Shown: one piece after another, positions 22,513 through 36,400 of the stretch
Layout: every line of letters starts with the position of its first letter
How positions within the stretch are numbered: the stretch's first letter is position 1
NCBI GenBank assembly: GCA_030704615.1
Contig: CM060733.1
Location: 19,530,001-19,594,000 of the forward strand
From: Takakia lepidozioides
Taxonomy: Eukaryota; Plantae; Bryophyta
Direction: 5' to 3'
Length of the DNA stretch: 64,000 nt
The notes under the pieces: model-generated
What the model saw: only the letters and a program-made list of their open reading frames with translations
The model's database searches: none
What the model was told of the DNA's origin: nothing
Position numbers and translations under genes: made by a program

Positions 22513-25500
22513 TGTCGCGCGGCTTTTACTCACCCATCCCTTCGCTATCCGAGGCGGAAACTCCAAGATAGAAGAGTTGGAAATCTCTAAGCACTCAACC
22601 CGCTCAGAACAATCAGTCATGACCTACAGCTAGTGTATCATGGGGGTGTTTCCTATTTGTTTTCCTTCCCGCATTCATGTTAGCTAGTTACCTTATTGTT
22701 GGTAATTAAGTATCAGTTTGCTTCAGCAATTTATCGGATTCCATCAACTCATCCATTCATTCCACAGCTTCACTCAGATCTCTCTACACAGTGTGAGTAT
22801 GAAGTATGTATCAGATTAATATTTATCAAGTATCAGGCTTAAGCCATGGTATCTCTATTCTGCTCTACATTACAACTCTACTTCTTGCATTCAGCAAGTA
22901 TCAACAGATCGTTCTCTTCCTACTCCGTGCTCTCCCTCTTTCTGCTCAGAGATGCGCTCTCCGCTTCATTTTCTAGTTCTGATTTCCCCCAAGAAGTGCT
23001 CCCCCACCCCTTCTAGCAGTGATTCCCCCCAGAAGTGATCCAAGAATCCCCCCCTTTTCCAGTCCTTGCTCCTGGCTTTATCTTCCTACCCGTTGTTCTA
23101 ACCGTTTCCCTCACTAACCGTCATCCGTGAAGTAACATGTTCCATTCGCAGGTGTTGTTCCCCACAGTCGTTCCATGTCCTGCTATCCGTTCCCTATGGT
23201 CGTGACAACTGTGTCAAGCTGTGACTGACTGTGTGAAACTGTGACCGGCTGTGACCAGATGTGTCGGGCTGTGACTGGCTGTGTGGCTGTGTCGGGCTGT
23301 GTCGGCCGTGCGAAGCTGTGACGGGCTGTGTTGGGCTGTGTCGGCTGTGACTGGCTGTGTTGGACTGTGACGGCTGTGTTGGCTATGACGGGCTATGTCG
23401 GCTGTGACTGGCTGTGTTGGCTGTGACGGGCTGTATAACCCCCCCCCCTAAAGTGCGCTGCTGTCACCCCTAAGGCTCCTGTTGGTCTCAGTCTGTGCAA
23501 AAATTAAGGGTAGCCCACAGATCCCGTAAAAGTGTCTAAGTCCCAGACGGTCCTCTAACATTACCCCTTCCCCTCTCAAAAAGCCGTGTCCTCACGGTTT
23601 ACTATTTGGGATTTGTAAACCTTTGTGAGCAAGCACCCTTATGACGTTGAGAGTCTCGTGAAGGACTCCGTGTGCGAGCTCGTGTTCTGTCACTGGTTGA
23701 GGGAGATGATTGAACACTACCTGGATATGTCAGTCCCTCTGGAGGCTGATATCGAGGTAATCTTTCAGGCATATGAGACCCCCGTCGCTTCTTCTCTGCC
23801 ATCTGTTCTCGCTTGTAAATAAGAAGCCATTAGCTGTTCCTCAGGTACATAGACTCTCTTGTCGATATTTGAAGTGAGGTCCTCCACTTGAGTCTGCAGG
23901 CTGTCTATATCCTCCTGTAATCCGCTATCCTACTATAGACATTGTCTATAGTAATTGTGGCAATGTTCTGCATTTGCAGTCTGAGCTCATTCATCTCGCT
24001 TTGGGTGAGCTTTCGTGGTGCTTTGCCCTCCACTGGCCCTTGTGCTAACCAAACCTGCATAAGGTGGTTATCCACCAAGTTGTTTGTGGCACCCCTGAGA
24101 GTCTGCTCCTCTGTGAGCCTGTACACATCTATCTGCTGCTTTAAAGCCTCCATGCGCTTCGCATGAGGTTCAACCAAACTCGCATAGGCAGCAGCCAGAT
24201 TATTGGCTTCCTTCCAAGCTTTGTTAGCCACGAGAGTTCATTTCTATTGGACATGAGTGTTTGTTTTCAACTCAAGGAGGTACCTCTCTTGGTCAGCTTC
24301 AACCTGCATGTATTGGGTTGAAGGTATTCTCATTGCGACAGATTGTATTCTTCATATCGACATGAGTTTCGTTTGCTCGACATTCTCCTGCCTCTGCCTT
24401 CGTACATCTTTCCGCTTGACTGTTTATTTCTATTGTACTTTGGTCAAGCATAGTTGTGAGTGTAGCACATTGTAATGGCCATCCTGTCATGCATGTCTGC
24501 AACTCCGTATGTAGTGCATTCACGTCTTTTGACAACTTGCTTTCATGCTTCACCTGCATTTGGGTATAGCTGTTGCTTATGTTCTTCGTGGCAACTGGTC
24601 TTGGCGAGGCCTGCCTCAATCAATTGTTCCTTGGCCATTGCAAAGCCACTTCTGTACTCTCTAAGTCTTGCTGCATCTTGAGAGTGACCTCTTCATCGAC
24701 CTTGTTTGCACACTCAGTGGCAAGTCGAGCCTCAAACTCCTTCCTGAGTTCCTTCCTCAAAGCTGCCAATTGGGAAGTTGGAACTGGGACTTTTGACATA
24801 AGTGCCCAACAAATTAATTGTCCTGCTTATGGAACTCAGAGCATGGCTTGTTGAGGGTCATCATGGGTGAGCTTGCTGCTGTTCTCCCCCCCCAGGTGGT
24901 GGCAGAAATTGAGAAGGGGACCTTCTCTATGAATATTCTGGTATGGTCAAAGACAAAACAGTGATTCCGGAGGTGCAACGGTTGTCCAGGGGAACCTGCG
25001 GTGCATATAATACACACACCTGTGACGGAGGGTACCACAAGTAGAATGTCAAGACACTGCAGCACCGGTGACGGATGAAGTGGTTCAGGAAGAAATCTGT
25101 GGGCAATGGCCTGAGTGGTTCGTGAGGCATCACACTCTTGAGTATGTCAGTATATTCATTTTGGGTGGGCTGTTTTGTTCACATATGTGGTTGGAGAGGC
25201 ATTATATTCTGTAGTGGGAATATCTAACCCTTCTTTTTCCAAATCAATTATTTCTGGGGGCACTGCATGGACAACTTGTGGTAACTCTGTGACAAGCCGA
25301 TCATCTGGCTGTGATGGCTGTGATACTGAAGTAACTCTTCTCTTCCCTTCTCAGGTCCTCTGCTTCCAAGAATAGCAGTTCTCTGTGCTGCTGTGTCCCT
25401 TCCTGCACAAGAGCTTGGGAAACATTAATCATGCGGATTCCGTGAAGCCAGTGGATCCGCCACTACAGTCTTTCCCCGCTCTGTCTCTTAGTCTGGGGTT

Positions 25501-26360
25501 GCCCTGCTTGTCCACCCTCACTATGTGAAGAGCCTTGCTCTTCCATTGCAGTGGTTTCTGGCTCAAACACTCCCATCTCTTTCTTTCTCGAGCATCAAGT
25601 ATGCCAAATCAAGAATTATTGAGCAATGATTGGGCCAGACACTATGAGGAGACTTGCAGCAGTACCCTGTAATCTTTTCATCTCCTCTACCAGTGCGTTG
25701 TAAATTAATGTCCGCCCATTCTACCTCTTCTCCTCTCAGGGGCTTGAGTATTTCCTCTGTGAAAGATCTGCTCAATACTGTTGGTTCTGTTTCATGGCAA
25801 ACAGAACGTTTCAATACCTGGCCTACCTCCCTTAGCCCTGGTACAACGCCTTGGTACAAGCATAACCTTGAGTTTTAAAGAAACTCCCTTCTTGGAATAA
25901 GTCCCCTATTTGCAGTCTTGCCCTGTGCTCCTCCACCATGCAACTGACCTGCTGGCAATCGAAACAATTGCTGTAGGTATAGGGGATTAAATTACTAATT
26001 CAACTCCCTTCACCGTTTATTGTGCTCCTGTCCTAGGCTCAAAGTTCTGCCAGAATTGTAACATGTAATGTCTATGGTGCAATGTCCAATCTTTGCTTTG
26101 CAATCCTTCCAATCGCAGCTCCTTCAGTAACTTTACCGCCTGTGGAGTAGCAATCGTTTGTTTCATGCAGGATTGTGGTGCTCTTCACCCTGATTTTCTT
26201 CCATTCCTCTCACTCTCTTCATTCTAGACCCACAGAAATGTTTTGGCTGTAACAATGAAGAATGTCTGCAGGGCACAAAGCATACGTATGGTTGCCACAA
26301 AAAGCTATGGGTAATTTCTTGTAAGCCTGCGGGGCTTGCAAGCATCGATTAAGAGAAAAG
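22513..26360 (-). mobile_element. Family A copy A3, 3' end (LTR 22513-23560, PPT, degenerate ORF3/ORF4 with a deletion of about 1 kb and an internal inversion)
   Basis: Reverse complement of A1 2355-7135. Lacks A1 4830-5831. Segment 24897-25140 is in the opposite orientation. Confidence 0.92.
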
Positions 26361-28897
26361 GGTAGAAGCATGGTACGGGCCATCCAAAAGCGGCAACTTG
26401 CAGTCCATAAAAATGGACATATGAAGTAGAAAACGCAGCACGCGGGAACGAAGTCGGAAAAAGTTGAATTTATTGTAGCCGTTGATTGTTTTTGTACATC
26501 AAGTTATTCGCCTTCATCGGGGGGTGGCTGGAAGATGGCTAGTCGCGTTGGGCTAGACTGAAGTGCGGGGACGACGAGCTGCCATGTATGACGCGCGATG
26601 CACAACTAGAAGCTAGCCAAGACGTACGAGTTGATTGGGATTGGAATGTGAAGAGATTGGGAAGAGATTGGGAATGTTTGATCACAAAAGTTTGCTTACC
26701 ATTTTGTAAGATTTTTAGGGTTTAGCTTGTGATTGTTTCATCAACTCTACGCATGCGTGAAGTTCATTTTCATTTCTGTGTTTCTAATGGGCGCGCTTGG
26801 GGGGTGGTAGCAGAGGAAGCGGGCGATGCGAGCAGAGCTTTAAAGTGCAACATTGTGTGTTGCTGCCATAGCAACAGAGGCATGAGGGTAGAGGAGTAGA
26901 GGAGGAGCTTGGGCGGGGGTGCTCGGGTGTGCCATCGCTGGAAAAGCACTTGATTGTTGCTTGACTCTACCCTTAATAAGTTTCGTTCAAGTTCGTGGCC
27001 AGTCGATTTGGTGTGCGGCATATCTGGAATTAGGTTCTGCAAGCATGAATGTTTCTGTCGAGCGCCTGGAAAGAGGATGGCAGATTGCCATCCAAATGAT
27101 GATCATGACTAGAACTTTCCACTTGAACTCTACAAGTACGAGCCACCGCTGCGATCTTTCACGCCTGATCTATACTTCTTGCATTGTGCATTTGAACACA
27201 GGTGTTAATTGCCTTTCTTGAATCTTGACAGTGATGCCTGTTTTGTTTATCATTCTCTATGGTGTGTTCCTTGTTGGGTTGGTATTTCTCCATTTTTTTC
27301 CCCGCCCAGAGAAGGATATACTTACGTCTTGTTAGTGAGTCTAGTTGAGCTAATTTTTGGAGCTACCTGCTAGCAATTCATGTTGTAAAACCCTAAAAAT
27401 TTAGCTGCACAGTCATTCATACAGACAGTTTGTATGTGACCATTACGGTGAGGGTACCTGCACGATGATTGATCACAAAGTCTGCTTACTGTTACCTTTG
27501 TGAGGGCTCACTCCAGTAGTTGGAGCTACCTGATATAAACAATTGGTTGCATCAATCTGCTGTGTCTGAGCTACCTAGCAATTAGACCCCAACAGGGCCA
27601 GGGCCTTAGGCTCAAAATCGATACTTTGAAAGTTAGTGAACAGAGGTGCAAGCACTATACGGTCCTGAAGAGGGTGGCTCTCTGAATTGACCCCCCGCCC
27701 TGGGGTTAAATTGTAGTTTAATTTTGAGGATAGGTAGGTCTTTCAGCCTAAGGTTCACCCATGTCACAAACTGGAAACAAGTTCAGGGATGTTTATTCCT
27801 AACTTATTTTTGTTCAAGCATTATTTCATGCTTCGGACGTGGCTTTAGACACTTCAGCCTCCAAGTGAGCTTCATCCAGCAGGGTCAGTTCTTCATGCCC
27901 AAACTTCAGGTACTTGAAACATCTCCTCTACATTTTTCTGCCATGACTTCAAACTGTTTAACAGGACGGTCTTGCTTCCAAGAAATAGAGTCTGTCATCT
28001 TAAGGTATCTGGTATTAGGCACTGAGCCCACCATCTGACCTTGAACTAACTCATGACTTTGAGAGCTCGAGGGTGGTGCGCCAAACTCGCCTTGAACAGC
28101 CGCATTAGCTATTGTAGAGCACGCTGACATGCTCTCTTTGAGCACCGACCTGAATGGATTTAAAGTTTTAGGCATGGTTGGAGTTGCTCTCCACACGGCA
28201 ATGCCTACTCCAAGGAAGGCCAACATGGTCGTTGTAACTTCAGTATTAATCCGTCTCAAAGTGGAAACATTTGAGTGAGAATATCCAAAGTTTGTGTTTA
28301 GTTGTTTGACCTATTTTGTGTATGTTCTCACAGTACAACTAGAGGAGAACTCCAAGCAAGATATGTGCTGGAAGGGAGCACACAATTGTGGCATTTATAC
28401 GTGGGGAGGGATTGAGGGGATCTGGCCTAATCTGGCCTACCATTAGACTTGTGAACTGTTGTCGCGGCTGGTTTTCAAGTGAGACTGCATGCCCTTTTTT
28501 GTCAGGTGACATTTGTATAGGGCTGTACCAAATGTGGTCGTTGTTATAAAAGGGACGATATCAGCGAGGCAGGGGAGAGTAGCAGATGTAGCATAGGTAG
28601 CATGAATGTAAAGTTGTCACCACTGGTAGTGTGTACCCAGTCCCAGTGTCTATTCACACAGGTGAACAGACCCCTGAGTTTGTTTCACTTATCTTGTGTT
28701 TATGACTTCAAACTACTCTCCAACAAGCTACCCCTTTTTGTGTTATAGTGAGGGGGGCAAGTGGATCCCATTTTTTGGAGACCTGGACCCGGTAGACCTA
28801 TTTTTCCTAGTGTGCCACAAAAAGGCCACAGTCTGTGACTGTTGATTTGCCAAGAATTTTGGGAGTGTCCTGTGTTGAAAATGTTTGGTTTCCTCTT

Positions 28898-29397
28898 NNN
28901 NNNNNNNNNNNNNNNNNNNNNNNNNNNNNNNNNNNNNNNNNNNNNNNNNNNNNNNNNNNNNNNNNNNNNNNNNNNNNNNNNNNNNNNNNNNNNNNNNNNN
29001 NNNNNNNNNNNNNNNNNNNNNNNNNNNNNNNNNNNNNNNNNNNNNNNNNNNNNNNNNNNNNNNNNNNNNNNNNNNNNNNNNNNNNNNNNNNNNNNNNNNN
29101 NNNNNNNNNNNNNNNNNNNNNNNNNNNNNNNNNNNNNNNNNNNNNNNNNNNNNNNNNNNNNNNNNNNNNNNNNNNNNNNNNNNNNNNNNNNNNNNNNNNN
29201 NNNNNNNNNNNNNNNNNNNNNNNNNNNNNNNNNNNNNNNNNNNNNNNNNNNNNNNNNNNNNNNNNNNNNNNNNNNNNNNNNNNNNNNNNNNNNNNNNNNN
29301 NNNNNNNNNNNNNNNNNNNNNNNNNNNNNNNNNNNNNNNNNNNNNNNNNNNNNNNNNNNNNNNNNNNNNNNNNNNNNNNNNNNNNNNNNNNNNNNNN
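28898..29397. other. Assembly gap (500 N)
   Basis: Fixed-length run of N. Confidence 1.
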
Positions 29398-30029
29398 AAC
29401 GTATGGTTGGCCGCAGAAAGCTACATGGGTACCTCTTGTAAGCCTGCGGGGCTTGCAAGCATTGTTCAAAGAGAAAAGCTCTGCTCTTTCGTTTCGTGTC
29501 TTCTGCCACTGCGTAAGTAATATTGCGAGCGTAATGTCTGTTAGTTCCTCCATAGTTTCCAAGTTATAGCATTTATGGGCCTGTCCTGTCTGAGACGCCC
29601 TGTTACTCTGAACGACGCCGCCTCTTGCGCTCAATTTCCCTCCATTTCTTGATCATTTTTCTGGTTTTCTATTGCTGTGGCCGCTGTGACTGGATTTTTA
29701 ACTTTTAACTTCTTTAGTGGACTTTCCCTGTTGGATAGTCCACTAGGATCACACATGCGACATGAATTCGGCTTTCTGTACTTGCCGTTCGTTCTGTTTC
29801 CCTTTTTCCGTAATCATTAATGGGTCCGCCTTTCATTCCTTTTGACGGCCGTTTCTTGTCCTCTTTCTTTTTGACACCTGTCCCTTGCACTTCATTCTCT
29901 GCTGTGTGTCGCACCCTGACCTCCACGTGTCTATTTTAAATTAAATTTCCGTTTCTTCTTCCTTCAGCCATTTTACTGAAGTTTTTATGTGTCCACTTGT
30001 CACTGATTCTATGGATCCGTGTAACTTTA

Positions 30030-30480
30030 GTAGGCTGTCTGAGCTGTGATAGGCTAGTGTTGCACTGTGCGTAAGCTGTGATAGGCTGTGACACGCTGCG
30101 GTAGGTTGTGATAGGCTGTGTCACGCTGCGGGTGTGTTGGCTGTGTCACGTCGTGACGGGCTGTGATAGGCTGTGTCACGTCGTGACGGGCCTTCGGTAA
30201 GCTGTGTTGCGCCTTGCTGGCTGTGGTTGGCGTGTCACGTCGTGATGGGCCTGTGATAGGCTGTTGTCACGCCGTGATGGGCTGTGATAGGCTGTGTGCC
30301 CTTGCTGGCCTGTGGTTGGCTGTGTCACGTCGTGATGGGCTGTGATAGGCTGTGTCACGCCGTATGGGCTGTGTATACTGTGGTGCCCTTTGCTGGCTGT
30401 GGTTGGCTGTGTCACGTCGTGATGGGCTGTGATAGGCTGTGTCACGCGTGATGGGCCTGTGATAGGCTGTGTCACGTTGT
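30030..30480 (-). repeat. Tandem array (gtgacacagcctatcacagcccatcacgac-type units) downstream of integrase
   Basis: Repeated gctgtgataggctgtgtcacg on the + strand. Confidence 0.9.
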
Positions 30481-33400
30481 TTTGCCCACCCCGGTCATAT
30501 ATACTGGGCCTAGCGACAAGTGTTCCATACTCCGTTCGTAACACTGGTGCAGCCCGTGACTGCTCTTGCGGTTTCAACATGCAAATCATGTTGCGGGGTT
30601 TGTCATGGATACCACTGTACCCCTTCAAACTTATTTGCATTGACTCTTCCCAGCATTTCTTTGTTAATGGTTTGTAACATGGCTGTGTTGTTATCATACA
30701 TCTTTTGTATGACATAAGGTCCTTTCCATGGTGATTTAAGCTTAGAAGCTTGAATCTTTCCTTTCTTCTGCAACCATAAAACAAATCCCCCGTCTTAAAA
30801 GTCTTTAATTTGCCTTTATCAAACTGTTCCTTTCGCTTCATCTGAATTCTGGTCATATTATCAGCTGCATCAGCACGTACTTCTTCCACATGGTATAATT
30901 CATGTTTCCTGACCTTGATGGAGTCTTGCAATTCCATTCTTTTTCCCCACTCTGTTCTCATGGTAGGTAACAGGAATTCCACTGGAAGTAAGGCTTCCAT
31001 ACCATAAACTAATTGGAATGGTGTATACTTAGTGGTGACTTTATATGAAGTCCTGTATGACCACAAAGCTGTCAGCAGCTTTGTATCCCAATCCGTTCTG
31101 TTTGCATTGACTATCTTAGCCAAGATAGTACATAGTATTTTGTTGGTAGCCTCTGCCTGTCCATTACCCTGTGGGTAATATGTTGTACTCTTTCTATGCA
31201 CAATCATAAACTCTTTAGTCAATAACTCAATGGTCTCATTCATGAAGTGACTTCCTTGATCACTGATAAATTCTAAGGGACATCCAAATCGTGTAAGTAT
31301 GTTCTCGTACAGGAACCTTGCTGTGGACTTGGCTGTGTTGTCCCTCAAAGCTTTAGCTTCCACCCACTTTGTAGTATAATCAGTGGCTGTAATTATGTAC
31401 CTGTTTCGTGTATTCTTGGATGGTGGATTAATTGGTCCAACAAAGTCTAGTCCCCATTTCTGAAATGGTTCCGTAGGCATTGTAGGATGCAAGGCCATTC
31501 TTCCAGATCTCTGCAAAGGTCCTAGCCTCTGACATTCATCACACTTCTGACAATACTCATGTACATCTTTGAACAACGTAGGCCACCAGTATCCTGCGAG
31601 TAGTATCTTTCTACTGGTAGTCTCTTCTCCAAAATGACCTCCAGCCACTCCTTTATGAACTTCCTCCAAGACTTTATTTACTTCATGGTGGTACAAGCAT
31701 CGTTTTAGTACTCCATCAGGTCCTAACTTATACATTCTGCTTCCTACCATAGTATAAGGTAAAGCTCTGATAGCAATTCTTTTCCTTTGCTCCTTACCAT
31801 AACTAGGTGGGCACTGACCATGAGCAAGGTAGTATCTGATTGGCCATTGCCAATCTAACCATTCATCTGCACTTCCTTGCACCTCCATTACAAATAAACT
31901 CGCATCAGGTAACTGATCGTCCACTCCTGTGGCGGCCTCTCCTGTTGTTAGTCGTGACAAATGATCTGCCACAAGATGCAAACGGCCAGGCTTGTAAATA
32001 ACCTCGAACTCAAACTCATGCAAGATTATTAACCACCTCGCTATCCTTCCACTTATCAAAGGTTTGTTCACCAGATATATCAGAGCCTGGTGATCCACAT
32101 AAAACATAAACTTTCTTCCCAATAGGTAATGCCTGAATTTCTTCACTGCATAGATCATTGCCAATGCTTCTCTTTCCGTTGTGCTATAGTTCCTCTCAGC
32201 ACTGTTCATCAACCGGCTAGCATAGTACACAGGTGAATCTATATTCCCTGTAACATTCTGGGCTAACACCGCTCCCAACGCTTCTCCTGATGCATCGCAG
32301 TGAACATGAAATACTACATGCCAGTGAGGGTTAATCAGCACAGGTGTAGTTGTTACTGACAGTGTAAGTTCCTCAAACGCCTGTTGACATTCAGCTGTCC
32401 ATGCAAACACTGCATCTTTCTTCAGAAGCTTGCTCAATGGTGCTGCTATTTGTGCATACCTTTTGACAAATCTTCTGTAATAACTGGTTTGCCCAAGGAA
32501 TCTCCTTAAACTCTTAACATTCACTGGTGGTGGAGAGACTTTAATGGACTCTGTCTTCCTGGGATCCACAAGAAGTCCCTTCTTACACACTATGTGTCCC
32601 AGAAGCACCCCTGAGTTCACACAGAAAGTACACTTCTCTGGATTCAAGCCCAGACCTCTCATCCTGCATCTGGCCAGGCATAACTCCAATTTATGCAAGT
32701 GCTCATTCTTAGAGCTGTACACACTGAAATCATCCAAAAACACCTGCATGAAATCATCCAGATACTCTTGAAAAGATTCACTTATCACTCTCTGAAAGGT
32801 CGCTGGTGCATTACAAAGTCCAAAGGGCATGACTTTGTATGCATAAGCCCCCCAGTCTGTGATGAAAGCTGTTTTCCCTTGGTCTTCTTCTGCCACTTGC
32901 ACTTGATTATAACCACTGAAGCCATCCATGAATGAGTACATCTCATGGCCTGCCACAGTGTCTAATACTGCTTCTGTGAATGGCAAAGGGAAAGGATCTT
33001 TCTTCGTACAAGCATTCAGCTTCTTATAGTTCACACATACTCTTAGTTTGCCATTCTTCTTGGGAACTATAACAATGGGTGACAACCAAGTTGTATACTC
33101 TATTGGGTATATAAACTTAGCCTCAGCCAACTTCTTTATCTCTTCTCCAACCTTCTGTGCGTAGTTGGGATTCATTCTATACCTCGCCTGCTTGATTGGC
33201 ACTGACCCTGGTTCCAGTTCAATTTTATGCTGACAGACTTCAGGTGGTATCCCTTTTAGATCCTCATAGCTCCAAGCAAATACATCTCTGTATTTGATGA
33301 ACAAGCTTTTAGCTTCTTCGAAGAATTCCGGCTCCAAATCAGCTCCTACTTTCACCATCCTTGGTTCCTCCGGAGTTCCCACATTTACTTCTCTCACCTG

Positions 33401-36400
33401 CTCATCAGCTGTGATTGTCCAACCAGTCACCACTTCATCCTGTAAGCTCACAGTGGCTGGTTCTTCTAGGATTTCTATTTCTCCTTCTCTTTCTTCATAG
33501 AAATGTGATGGGTAAATGCTGGTTTCTTCTTCCGTTGGTGTTGCTGTCACTACACCACAGCAGATACCTCTCAAACAACTTAGGCTTTCCAGCCGCATCT
33601 CTGCAACTTGCTCCCACTCTGGGTGTGCAGCAAATAGGGTAGCTTCCTGCTCCTCATCCAGTCCTCCCCTCCAGTCATACTCTCTGACTCCTCGAGGTCT
33701 TCTTGTAGCAGGTAATCTACTAGATTTCTTTGTGGTAATTTGTATCTCGTGCATCCCATTATGCACAGTTAGTAACTGAGAATTCCAGTCATGGAATACC
33801 CTGGCCTGTTTCAGCCACGGACGTCCCAATAATAAGGAGTAAGCCTCCATGACTTCATCCATTTTTAATACAGTTACTGTGATCAGAAAGATCATTTTCT
33901 GTATCTGTATCTTAACTCCTCTTATTAATCCCAATGGCTGTACACTTCTTTGATCTGCCATTGTTACTGTAAATGGGGCTGGTTTCATGTTACTTAGACC
34001 AAGCTTCTTCCTTAATTGGTCTGTCATGATATTTACTCCAGAACCACCATCTATCAGTACATCAGTTAGTTCTGTGCTTCCAATTCTCAATTGGATTACT
34101 GGCATAGAATCATCAAAGTCCATGACTGGTTCTCGCCCTTCCGGCTTCACATTATAACTGGTCACCTTGCTGTTCAGGTCTGTGTTTCCTGTTTCTTGGG
34201 CAATTCGATTGATTGCCTGATACAGCCTGTGCCTACAATAAGGTGCCACAGCTAATAGCTGTCCAATGGTAATTTCTGCTTTGGTCTGACATATTACTTC
34301 AGCCAAAGTCTCTTCATTACTTTGCATGTCTGCATCTTCTTTTCTCCTTTCTTCCTCACTCTCCTCTTTTTCTCCATCCGAATCAGAGGAATCTGCCACA
34401 GGAATATCAGTACTCTTTTGCATTTCCCTTATAGTATCTGCCACTTCCTTGTGCAGTTCCTTCTCATCCTTCCAAGTCTCTTCATCTTCAGGCATATCAT
34501 TGCCACTTCCAGTCTCATCTTCTTCCTCTTCTACTGGAGGTATTAGTTTAGCTTTACTTCTTGTTACTATCATTGTACTTACTTCTGGTACAACACATGG
34601 CCTAACCATGTGAGCTGCCACCACTGGGCCCTCATTCACAGGAGCTCTCATCTCATTCTGGTGTCTTATCCAGAATGAACAGGCTGCCTTGCGATGTCCT
34701 GGCTGATTACAATAGTAACATAGCTCTTCACCATTGGGTCCTCGCCCTTGGTCTGGTCTTGGATTATTTCTATAATCCTGATTCCCGGGCTGGTAATTCC
34801 CCCTTGGATTACCCTGATAGTTGCCTCTGGAATTTCCTTGGTAATTCCCTCTTGAATTACCTCTTCCTTCCATGCCATTGTTATAACCACCAGACCTACC
34901 ATAGTGGTCCTGATCATTGCTTCTTCTTGGCTGGGGTTGCACCTGATGCACCCTCACTTGCCTAGGTTCTCTGGCAGCTGTCCTTCTGTTGTAGTAACAA
35001 TTCTCAGTAGAATGGTTATCCATTTTACAGATAGTACAGTGTTTCTCCTTCATGTGGCATTCTGTAGTGGTATGGCCTTCATTCTGGCACTTTGCACACC
35101 ATACACCCTTCCTCCAATGTGTTGCAGCCTCTGTGGCATACTTCTTCAAGATTTCTTCCAATCTTTTCTCATAGTTATCCCTCTTCAACTTTTCCTTTCT
35201 CTTACTCTTTCTTTTTAGTTCTTGCTCTTCTTCTTCATCTGACTCATCTTCAGAGTCCTCATCTTCCTTTTTCTCTCTCCTGAGCATTCCCAATTGCTCA
35301 ATTCTGTTCGCAGTTTCAAATGCCTCCTCCACTGTATTATGGGGTAACATATCCACTTTCTTCTGCAACTCTGGTCTTAGTCCACTCACAAACCAAGTCT
35401 TCTGTAAACCGGGTGCTGGTACTGCAGCCAGCTTTTTCATCATCAATTCCATCTTCTCCATATACTCTTCAACAGTTTCATGCTTCTTCTGCTTCAGCTG
35501 TTGTAAACTTCCATACACTTCATCCTCAGTTTTACTTGTCCTGAACCTATTTCGAAATGCTGTATTCAAGCCATTCCAGGTTAGGAAATGATTATCAGGG
35601 AATCTTGCATACCATTCACTTGCTTTCTTGATAAGTGAACAAGGAAACAGTCTCATCTTGGCATCATCGCCATTCTCATTGTTCACTATACACATGTGCT
35701 CAAATTGGCTAATGTGTACATCGGGATCCCCTTTTCCTGAATATATTGGAAAGGGTGGTTTTGCCCGTGTTGGTTGTAACGCCATCTGTGGCCCTACCTT
35801 CTGCCCACTGACAGGTGCTGGCACCCTTGCTGGTGCTGGTCCTTCTGGACCTGTTGTTTTTGTGGTGGATCTTCCACCAAGTGGTGGCCCTTGAGCACTC
35901 CCTGCTTCTGGCCCCACGATATTCACAGTATTCCCAGCTTCAGTTGCACTACTTCCCACACTCCCTGTCCCCCCAGAGCCAGATCCAGGCAGCCCGCCTG
36001 ATCCCCCTGAGCCGACACCTTCGTTGGCCTGTGATCCAAGTGCTCCACTTGATCCAGGTCCAACGGGTTGGGATGTCCTGGTTGTAGTCTCAACCTCAGC
36101 TGTTGGGTCTACTTCTTCATATTCTTCCTCTTCCAATTTCTTCTCTCTGTTTTCATCATTCAAGTTCTGCCCTTGGGTTTCTTCTTCACTCATGTAACTC
36201 AACTGTAATGGTGTTGGAGAGTCTGAACTCTCCGTTGGCTCTGCCACATCCTCATCTCCTTCTTCATCTTCTGCTTCAGAAACTGGAGTTCCTGCTTTTG
36301 GTGTTCCATGCCAACTTTTATCAAAGATTTCTGTCAAATCTTTTATCCAAGGATGTACCTCAGATCTTTCACCTCGTGATTGATCTTCTTCCTGTACCAA

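Noticed and set aside
28700-29634. Long ORFs across the gap
   Set aside because: Artefacts of translating N.
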